A stretch of 64,000 nt of DNA from an uncultured Thermoplasmata archaeon. Its GTDB lineage: Archaea > Thermoplasmatota > Thermoplasmata > UBA10834. This document shows, piece after piece, positions 46,937 through 54,328 of the stretch. A program made the position numbers and the translations under genes. The notes under the pieces are model-generated. The model saw nothing but the letters and a program-made list of their open reading frames with translations, had not been told where the DNA came from and did no database searches. Location of the stretch: contig CAVVJQ010000002.1 in the NCBI GenBank assembly GCA_963748615.1, positions 323,240 to 387,239 of the forward strand. The letters run 5' to 3'. How positions within the stretch are numbered: position 1 is the first letter of the stretch; each line of letters begins with the position of its first letter.

Positions 46937-47980
46937 CTACATCGCCCCTTCCTGTGACATGTTCCAAATGACAAATATGAATCCAAACTGTGAGATCGGG
47001 ATCATCCCTAGGACGATCAGATAGAGGAGCGTGACCATCATGTTGGAGTCGCCTCCACCCACGATTGCCATGATCGCCATGATGAGGACAAGGAAGAGGG
47101 GGAAAGCAACGACGACGGTGACGAAGGATTCAGCGAGCATGCCGAGCGTCTCCATCTGGGACTTCATGGCAAGCTTGTTCTCTTTCTGGTATTCATCCGC
47201 CTTGAGCAGGAAGTACGGCTTGAGTTGCCCGCCAGATGTAGAGGTAGTGACGACACCCTGCAAGAACTCCTGGAACTTGGCCGAGGGTGATCTCTTCGAA
47301 GCCTTCTTGATAGCGGTCAGGATATCCGACCCCAGAAGTTCCGTATCTCGCGTGATCCACGAGGACTCCTCTGAGATCTCCCCGTAGACCTTCTGTCTCG
47401 AGAGTTCCTTGAATATGACATCTATATTGACATCCGCGGACGCCATGGCCGAGATGAAGCTCATCGCAGCTGCGATCCTCTTGTCGATATCCCTGCCTCT
47501 GGACTTGGCCTTCGAGGCTGGTGATCCCATGAGCATCATGAACGCCATCATGGGTAACAGACCGATTGCAAGGCCCGATATCAAGATCCTTATGACTAAC
47601 GATACGCCCAGCACCCCGAAGAGGATGACGCCGACGACCACTGCTATGACTACTCCTATGATGAGTGCGACGATAGTGCTCATGAGCACGAAGGCATAGT
47701 ATTCTTCCGCCCGTATCTTGATGTGGGCCTTGGTGAGTGATTCCTCAAGGCTTTGGTTGTTGGCGCTGGTCATCCGCTCACTCGCATACTTGCCCATTAT
47801 GCGCCAGGACATGTCCTGAAACTTGGTCAGACTGATATAGTCGGGGACAGCGCCCTTGGTCAACCGGATCCCATGAGGTCCGATATCCTCCCCTCTCTGG
47901 GTCAGTTTGGTCTTGAGGTACTCTCCCTTCTTGGTCTCGACTCTCTCGAAGACATCGGAGACTTCAGGCAGAGTCGGCAC
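46937..47980 (-). CDS. T2SSF-domain platform protein (TadB/EpdJ-like half-platform)
   Basis: 347 aa with central TM pairs and a T2SSF-like helical domain (DIDKRIAAAMSFISAMASADVNIDVIFKEL). The GTG start overlaps the end of ATPase copy 1 by 17 nt. Confidence 0.75.
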   Translation of the reverse strand: MPTLPEVSDVFERVETKKGEYLKTKLTQRGEDIGPHGIRLTKGAVPDYISLTKFQDMSWRIMGKYASERMTSANNQSLEESLTKAHIKIRAEEYYAFVLMSTIVALIIGVVIAVVVGVILFGVLGVSLVIRILISGLAIGLLPMMAFMMLMGSPASKAKSRGRDIDKRIAAAMSFISAMASADVNIDVIFKELSRQKVYGEISEESSWITRDTELLGSDILTAIKKASKRSPSAKFQEFLQGVVTTSTSGGQLKPYFLLKADEYQKENKLAMKSQMETLGMLAESFVTVVVAFPLFLVLIMAIMAIVGGGDSNMMVTLLYLIVLGMIPISQFGFIFVIWNMSQEGAM

Positions 47981-49733
47981 CTCCCGTCGGCATCTTCAGA
48001 CCGCTCTGGGAGGCTGCGGGATACATGTCCTTTCGAACCTTCTCCGCTTGTCCCTTGGGGTCCTTGTAGTATGATTTGATGATGTTCCAGATGTCCACAT
48101 GGTCTGACATGTCCTTGGACACCATGTATTTCACGATATCCACACGGCGCTCGAATTCCTCCAGGAGTTCTTCGTGTGTGAGATTCTTCATCTCCATGAT
48201 CTTGTCAAACAGGAAGCTGTGGCCCTTGAAGATGAACTTATCCGTGGCCTGATCCCATTCGTAGACCGTGTTGCTGATGAGTTCGTTCGTTTCGGGTTCG
48301 AAACCAACGATCTCGATGAGCTGCTTGACCCTCCTGACCATGTCCATTCCTACTCTCGCATGAGTCTGGATTATGACATTCCTCAGGGCAGTTAGCAGAA
48401 TTCTGGGACAGTTGATGGGCGGGTTCTCAAGTCTGTTGACCATGCCCTTGACAGAATCCGCGTGCATGGTCGAGAAGGTAGTGTGACCTGTCGCCATCGC
48501 CTGGAACATGGTGTAGGTCTCCTTTCCTCTAACCTCTCCGACGATGATGTAGTTAGGCCTCTGTCTCAACGCGGCCCTGACGAGGTCGTACATGTCTATC
48601 TCCCCTGCGGCCTTTCCATCCGGCCCCCGTTCGCCTGAGCCAGTTCTTGTCGTGCCAGGGATCCAGTTCTCATGGGGTAGGTTGATCTCTCTAGTATCCT
48701 CCATGGTGACGACTTTGGCACCAGGGGGTATGAACAGCGACATTGCGTTGAGCGTCGCCGTCTTTCCACTCGCCGTGCCTCCGGCTATGATGGCCGACTC
48801 TCCATGCTCGACGCTGAGCCACAGGTACGCGACTATCTCCGGTGACGCCGTGCCATACTTGATCAGCTCGACAGGCGTGAACGGTTTCTCCTTGAATCGT
48901 CTGATCGTGAACGATGCACCCCTCGTAGTCACTTCCCTCGCGTAGGTCGCCTGGACTCTGTGCCCTTCAGGTGTAGTACCATCGAGTATGGGGTTCGAGA
49001 CGGAGAGCTGCTTCCCACATCTCTGACCAAGTGATATGACGAACGAGTTGAGTTCGTCCTCATCCTCGAACACGACATTGGTCTTGATGGATTCGAATTT
49101 GTTGTGGAAAAGGAACAGCGGGATGCCCACGCCATCGCAAGACACGTCTTCGACATGAGTGTCACTCATCATTGCATCGATCGGACCATATCCGACGAAA
49201 TCCCTCGTGATGAAGTATTTCACCTTGTCTTCCGAGATCGGTTCAAGCCGGATTCCTCTCGACCTGATATAGCTGTCCACGCTCCTCTCAAGGTAAGTCT
49301 TCTTGTTCATGTGGTCGAGCTTCGCCCATTCATAATCGAGGGTCATCTCGAAGGTGCTCTTGATCTTCTTCATCAGCGCGTCTTCATCTTCGGTAAGCAC
49401 TGGCTCGATCACGTTCATTATGTAATCGCTGGTGGCCGCGTTGTATGTTATTCTCACGTAGCTGAACGGGTCAACCACTGGATAGAACGCCATCTCCTGG
49501 ATATCCGGGTCCGTGATGGGTGGGATTTCGGTGTACGGTGAACCCTTCCCATCCTTCCACTGCTTCCTTCTGGCAGCTGCGCCCTTCGCGGATTTGACCT
49601 TGATGGGTTCGGACTTGAGCCTGCTCACAGCGTTTATGTATCCATGCCAGATGCGAGCACCCATTGGCCGTCTAGGGGCTTTCACGGGTATGTCATATTC
49701 AATTTTCGCCTCTGCCTCAGCCAAAACGCTCAC
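47964..49733 (-). CDS. Type II/IV secretion-family ATPase (ArlI/EpdL/CpaF-like), copy 1
   Basis: Walker A AGGTASGKTATLNA, EDTREINLPHENW, IVGEVRGKETYTMFQAMATGHTTFSTMHA. GTG start 2 nt after the upstream TAG. Confidence 0.9.
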   Translation of the reverse strand: MSVLAEAEAKIEYDIPVKAPRRPMGARIWHGYINAVSRLKSEPIKVKSAKGAAARRKQWKDGKGSPYTEIPPITDPDIQEMAFYPVVDPFSYVRITYNAATSDYIMNVIEPVLTEDEDALMKKIKSTFEMTLDYEWAKLDHMNKKTYLERSVDSYIRSRGIRLEPISEDKVKYFITRDFVGYGPIDAMMSDTHVEDVSCDGVGIPLFLFHNKFESIKTNVVFEDEDELNSFVISLGQRCGKQLSVSNPILDGTTPEGHRVQATYAREVTTRGASFTIRRFKEKPFTPVELIKYGTASPEIVAYLWLSVEHGESAIIAGGTASGKTATLNAMSLFIPPGAKVVTMEDTREINLPHENWIPGTTRTGSGERGPDGKAAGEIDMYDLVRAALRQRPNYIIVGEVRGKETYTMFQAMATGHTTFSTMHADSVKGMVNRLENPPINCPRILLTALRNVIIQTHARVGMDMVRRVKQLIEIVGFEPETNELISNTVYEWDQATDKFIFKGHSFLFDKIMEMKNLTHEELLEEFERRVDIVKYMVSKDMSDHVDIWNIIKSYYKDPKGQAEKVRKDMYPAASQSGLKMPTGGADSA

Positions 49734-49735
49734 CT

Positions 49736-50779
49736 CTAGGGGGCCACCTCGCCCACTGTAACCTGTACCGTCGCGTGCGTGTGGTCCAGGACGTTCACAT
49801 CCTTGATCGTGACTGTCAATGTGTAGTAATCGTTCTGAGTGCCTTCCAAATCATGTAACGTCAGAGGTCCTATCGAGAAGTCAGTATCGTATGTCAAACC
49901 GGCCAACGAGTTGTTGAGTGCCTTGTTGAAGTAAGTATGCCAAGCGTGTCCGTGCTTGCTCACTATCGTGAATGTAAGATCCGCTCCCGCGCTGCTTTCG
50001 TATACATTGGTGTTCGCATAGAGGAGGTCCGCGTATATCCCCTTCGTGCCAGTCCCACCCACGGTCTTATCAAGGCCAAGCATCGAGATCTGCGTCAGTT
50101 TGACGACTCTGCTGGAATCAGTTCCAGCAACGATATCCGTGACCGAGAACTGAAGCCCCGCGATGATGTACTCTCCATCCGATTGGTTGAGTATCAGGGC
50201 GCCACAATCATAGGTCAGATGCTGTTCGACATAGTACCTGTTAGGTGCATAGAAGTCGATGTATCCGCCAGAGTGTCCGTCATCGGTTGTGCTCAACGTC
50301 TGATCGTCGCCAACAAATGTCGAGTTGAACGATGGATACCCCGCGGTGGTTTGAGAACCGAATTGTAATATCCCTGCAGTGGGTGCAGCGAATATAGGTA
50401 TGCCCTGGGCATGTAAAGTTATCGGGACGAAAACGGGAGTGGGGGCCAGAAGGCTGTTCGAATAGTCCGCGACCAACCCGTCGATCTGGGACTTGAGGTA
50501 GATCATCTGCTGAACGACCGTCGCCATGTGCGCGCTCTCGTTATCGCTCATCCAGACAGGGACGAATTGGTTGGTGAACATGCCCATGAACGTAAGGAAT
50601 ACAAGGAGCGACATGATAGTGCCGATTGTCGAAGCAACCCCCTCATCATCGTTCCATCTCGGTGATCGCTTAATACGGCCAATTACGGAGTTTCCAGAAT
50701 AGCTATTTCGAATTTCTGACAAGTCCATCCTACCACCGAAGGGGGGTTTCTGAAGCAACCTAATCAGCGTCTGAAACAT
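49736..50779 (-). CDS. Pilin/FlaF-like membrane-anchored beta-rich protein (first gene of the filament operon)
   Basis: Charged N-terminus, then EG|VASTIGTIMSLLVFLTFMGMF (class-III-signal-like). The rest is Thr/Gly/Tyr-rich beta. An in-frame ATG at 50728 (preceded by GGTGGTAGG) is a likelier start, because the TTTAAATA box abuts 50779. Confidence 0.6.
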   Translation of the reverse strand: MFQTLIRLLQKPPFGGRMDLSEIRNSYSGNSVIGRIKRSPRWNDDEGVASTIGTIMSLLVFLTFMGMFTNQFVPVWMSDNESAHMATVVQQMIYLKSQIDGLVADYSNSLLAPTPVFVPITLHAQGIPIFAAPTAGILQFGSQTTAGYPSFNSTFVGDDQTLSTTDDGHSGGYIDFYAPNRYYVEQHLTYDCGALILNQSDGEYIIAGLQFSVTDIVAGTDSSRVVKLTQISMLGLDKTVGGTGTKGIYADLLYANTNVYESSAGADLTFTIVSKHGHAWHTYFNKALNNSLAGLTYDTDFSIGPLTLHDLEGTQNDYYTLTVTIKDVNVLDHTHATVQVTVGEVAP

Positions 50780-50990
50780 ATTTAAAGCCTTCGTTTCTGG
50801 TATCGTCTGGAATACACCTCATTTTGCCATCCCAGACTGGGCGAATTAGCCCGGTCACGGGGGCCATCGACGTTGATTGATTTCGCTCGAACACCTAATC
50901 CCCCGTCAATTTCCTTTCTTGCGTTTCGCATGATGCGAATCACCGAAGATTTAATACCGAGTTCCGCCTAACTGCCATTCCCAGCAGCGC

Positions 50991-51066
50991 GCCGTGGTAA
51001 CTCAGTTGGGAGAGTGCAAGACTGAAGATCTTGAAGTCGCTGGTTCGAGTCCGGCCCACGGCACCA
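50991..51066 (+). tRNA. tRNA-Phe(GAA), CCA encoded, no intron
   Basis: Acceptor GCCGTGG/CCACGGC, D arm ACTC-AGTTGGGA-GAGT, anticodon arm CAAGA-CTGAAGA-TCTTG, T arm GCTGG-TTCGAGT-CCGGC, discriminator A, then CCA. A TTTAATAC box lies about 35 nt upstream. Confidence 0.95.
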
Positions 51067-51176
51067 TCTCCATGTCAATGACGGTCGGGGGCGTTGCCCC
51101 TCGATATGCAACCATTTGTTGGAATAGATTCATGTCCTGATATGTTCTATATGCGACGGAACGGAGGAGAGCAAGA

Positions 51177-51614
51177 ATGCCAATCAAATCATTCGAACTA
51201 GTGTCGCTCGATGCGAAGAGATTCACAAAATTTGGGGAACGGGTCCCTCAGCTCAGGGTCGACCACAATACTTCAGTGACGAGCATATCTGCGATATCCG
51301 AGAAGGACGCCATGGTGGAATTCACATTCACAGTCAGCTATGTAGGCGTCGGGATAATCAAGATCGAAGGCAAGGTTGTATGGGACGGGGAAGCCCAGAC
51401 CATCGCATCCCAATGGGCCAACAAGAAGGAGCTCCCTCAGACTGTATTCAACCCTATCCTGAACGCGATCTTCGCGAACTGTATGCCCGCATCCGTCACA
51501 GTGGCGCGGGACATAGGCCTGCCACCGCCGTTGCCACCGCCACAGGTCGCGATGAAGCGGAACGCCAAGATGCCGGGCGCGAAGGACCATAAATCGTCCA
51601 TGGAAGTGGCCTGA
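51177..51614 (+). CDS. Hypothetical 145-aa protein (beta-rich core, Pro-rich basic tail)
   Basis: ATG preceded by GGAGGAG. Codon usage matches its neighbours. I recognise no family motif. Confidence 0.45.
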   Translation: MPIKSFELVSLDAKRFTKFGERVPQLRVDHNTSVTSISAISEKDAMVEFTFTVSYVGVGIIKIEGKVVWDGEAQTIASQWANKKELPQTVFNPILNAIFANCMPASVTVARDIGLPPPLPPPQVAMKRNAKMPGAKDHKSSMEVA

Positions 51615-51629
51615 CAAGCCACCGTTCTC

Positions 51630-54011
51630 TTATCTTATGTGGTCCAGTGAGAACGATCCGATGTTCAGTCCGGATTTGGTGAAAGAGTATCTAATGAACG
51701 CTCTTGACTGGACCTCGCAGATACCCTTCACCGATAGGAACATGTTCAGGTTCTCGAGTTTGAACTCGATCATGCCGTCCATGAGCGACCCGAGCATCTG
51801 AATCTCCTGATCCCCATGTACGCCCTTCTCAATCGTGTACATGGAGACTGCTTTGTCTCTCTTTCTTCTGCCAGCGACTGGGCTGAGGAATCGGAATGCC
51901 GTGTTCGGATCCAGATACGCTATGAGTGTGGAGATCGATCTGAACGCCATTCTATAGTATTCGTGGTCTTTCTTGAATCCCTTGGCCGCCTTCTCCAACG
52001 CCTTCTGAATCGATTCATAATCTGTTGGGGCCTCGACGTAATCCGTGTATGGGTCCTCGGTCTCGTCACCCATGCTCCGGGAATACATGTCCACGTATCT
52101 CACGAGTCCCCTGCTCTCATACTCCTCGTATCCTGAGAGCACGAACATCATCTCGTTCCTGATCTCCTTCGGTGATTTCTCGGTGATGACCCATATCGCG
52201 GGGATTCCTTTCTTCAACCCCTCTGCGATGAATGAATTCATGAGCACTTCCTTCCCAGTGAAGGGCGGGCCATAAATGAGCATGTTCGATCCGAAGGGCG
52301 CGCCGCCCAGAAGCAGATCATCGAGTCTGGTGGTCCCGGTCTTGACCTTCTCCTGTTTGAGTTCGATGAGTCTGTCCTGCTCCCTCTTCTCGATCTCATC
52401 TGTTATGAGCCCTTGCTCCCTCGCCCGGAGTTCTTCCTCCTTCATCGAGAAGTACTTCTCCTTGTTCCTTATCTCCTCTTCCTTCTGGGTGATCTGCCCC
52501 TGCAGCTCTTCGAGGCGTTGTTTCATGGTTAATTCGTCAGTGTTCATGAGGTCGCTCTTCTGTTGGGAGACCCTCTTCAGTTCCTCCTCTAGGAGCCTCT
52601 CCCTGAACATCAGGTCCTCCTCTCGGCGGATCATCTCCCGCTCCTTGTAGGCCAGCGGTTCTTTGAGCTTCTTCATCTCATCGTCTCGTATCCTCAACTC
52701 TTCCTTGAGCCTCTCCAATTCTTGCTCCCTCAGAGCGAACGATCGCTCGAGGTTCTGGGCCTCTTCCAACCTCTTCATTAGCGCTGGGTCCAATGCGGAG
52801 CCCTTAGCCGCGGATACCTTCGCTTTCTCTTCCAGATGTTTCATGTCGAATTCTGTCCGGGAGAGTTTCGCCTCCAATTCGTGTATCTGTTCGTTGAGCT
52901 CGCGTTCCTTGGCGGAGAACTCCTCCAGCTCCCTGATGCGCTCTTCGCTGTCCGAAGGTCCTCTTCCATAGGACATTATGCCTTCCTGGAGTGTGTTCTC
53001 CTTTGCCTTGAGCTGCAACTCATAAGCATCGATCTGGGCCATCCTCTGCGATAGCTCGATCTCCTGGCGCTTGAGGACCTGTGCATCCACGGGCATCTCG
53101 TTGATGCCCTTCTCCGTCTTTTCCCTGAGGTCCGTCAGTTGGTTCTCGAGCTCCATGACTTTCAGCCCGAGATCCTCCTTCTGGGCCATCTCGGACGCGA
53201 GCTTGTCCGTGAGGTTCTCCGCATCAGCCGGTGCCCCCTGTTGATTCTTGATGAATTTGATGACTGCGATGCTTCCGCGTTTGACATTCTCCAATTCCTC
53301 TTCCAGCTGCTTCCTGTGAACGCGCTCGGCCTCGACTTCGCTCCTTGTATGGGCTAGTTGTTCCAGGACAGCCTGAGGGTCGAACCCCTCCGTCTCGAAC
53401 TGCTTCAGCGTCTGTTTCAGTGTTTCGCGGAGTTGTGTGATTTCCTCACCGTGCTCGAGCATCTCCTCGGGCACGGTCTTCTCAGATTTGGGGATGCTCT
53501 TGATCTTGGGTTCATCGAGCCATGACTCAAGCCCCTCCTCGGTGCCAGCGAGCCACTTGGCTAGAGAATCGTCACGGATGAGCTCAGGTTCGGTCGCGGC
53601 CACCACATTCTTCTCCTCATGGTCCTCTCCCGAGATCCATGCGGACAGGCCTTCGTCCTCACCAGCCAACCAATGGGCGAGCTCCTTGTTCTCAGGACTC
53701 GCCAGCGATTGGGCGCCCTTGATTATCTTCGCGGCCAATTTGTCTCCGATGCCTCTGACTCCGGCCAATTCATCATGGTCTGCATTCTGCAGGTCATTGA
53801 CATTCCTGTAGCCGGCTCTGAGCAATAAATGAGCTTTTGCCTCGCCAACTCCAGGCACCGACCTAAGCTCCTCGATGTCCCCATCGCTTGAATGAGAATC
53901 CTCTACTAAGGGGGCAGCACAGTGCTCACAGCTGCCCTCGGAGACGGAAGACATCTGCCCGCAATTCGGGCATGAGACGTGACTCTTTTCCGCGTCATCT
54001 TTTTTCGGCAT
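51630..54011 (-). CDS. Zinc ribbon, tandem HhH, long coiled coil and a C-terminal KaiC-like domain (function unknown)
   Basis: CPNCGQMSSVSEGSCEHC; HhH pair LRSVPGVGEAKAHLLLRAG...ELAGVRGIGDKLAAKI. A duplicated motif is present (LAHWLAGEDEGLSAWI and LAKWLAGTEEGLESWL). About 400 aa of heptads follow. The C-terminal RecA-fold domain has LLLGGAPFGSNMLIYGPPFTGKEVL, i.e. P-loop GK followed by E rather than T/S. Confidence 0.75.
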   Translation of the reverse strand: MPKKDDAEKSHVSCPNCGQMSSVSEGSCEHCAAPLVEDSHSSDGDIEELRSVPGVGEAKAHLLLRAGYRNVNDLQNADHDELAGVRGIGDKLAAKIIKGAQSLASPENKELAHWLAGEDEGLSAWISGEDHEEKNVVAATEPELIRDDSLAKWLAGTEEGLESWLDEPKIKSIPKSEKTVPEEMLEHGEEITQLRETLKQTLKQFETEGFDPQAVLEQLAHTRSEVEAERVHRKQLEEELENVKRGSIAVIKFIKNQQGAPADAENLTDKLASEMAQKEDLGLKVMELENQLTDLREKTEKGINEMPVDAQVLKRQEIELSQRMAQIDAYELQLKAKENTLQEGIMSYGRGPSDSEERIRELEEFSAKERELNEQIHELEAKLSRTEFDMKHLEEKAKVSAAKGSALDPALMKRLEEAQNLERSFALREQELERLKEELRIRDDEMKKLKEPLAYKEREMIRREEDLMFRERLLEEELKRVSQQKSDLMNTDELTMKQRLEELQGQITQKEEEIRNKEKYFSMKEEELRAREQGLITDEIEKREQDRLIELKQEKVKTGTTRLDDLLLGGAPFGSNMLIYGPPFTGKEVLMNSFIAEGLKKGIPAIWVITEKSPKEIRNEMMFVLSGYEEYESRGLVRYVDMYSRSMGDETEDPYTDYVEAPTDYESIQKALEKAAKGFKKDHEYYRMAFRSISTLIAYLDPNTAFRFLSPVAGRRKRDKAVSMYTIEKGVHGDQEIQMLGSLMDGMIEFKLENLNMFLSVKGICEVQSRAFIRYSFTKSGLNIGSFSLDHIR

Positions 54012-54062
54012 TCTCGTTCTCCTCTGAGCTTCGAGTGGGTCGGATCAGTGAAATCAATTCTA

Positions 54063-54190
54063 GGGGGTATCATTACCCCCATTATAGCACGTTTTCCCAT
54101 AATATGCATCATGGGGTGCATTCGAGACTACGAACGTGCTAAATAACCTGGTCTCCATATATATACTTACTCGGCCCATGTTTTTGGGCC
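54063..54190. other. Cluster of perfect inverted repeats in the divergent spacer (candidate operators or structured leader)
   Basis: The cluster holds GGGGGTA-tcat-TACCCCC (54063-54080) and TAGCACGTT (54085-93) pairing with AACGTGCTA (54133-41). The second pair encloses CCCAT...ATGGG and an ATGCAT core. An alternating TA tract follows at 54157-54165, then GGCCCA-tgtttt-TGGGCC (54173-54190). Confidence 0.4.
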
Positions 54191-54328
54191 AGTTATTGTG
54201 AATTCATTCATCGGTCACCTATGAGGTTGACCACATCGCATCGTGTGGTTAGGGCGATCCGCAACGAGCACTCTTCTATAGAATCGACCAAAAGGCCAAT
54301 AACCCGTGCATTGATTCTAAGATGCAAA

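Noticed and set aside
48131-48140. DnaA-box-like words (TATCCACA at about 48133; TTATCCAGG at about 25947).
   Set aside because: These are single imperfect matches, one of them inside a coding region, and none is clustered. They give no support for a DnaA-box array.
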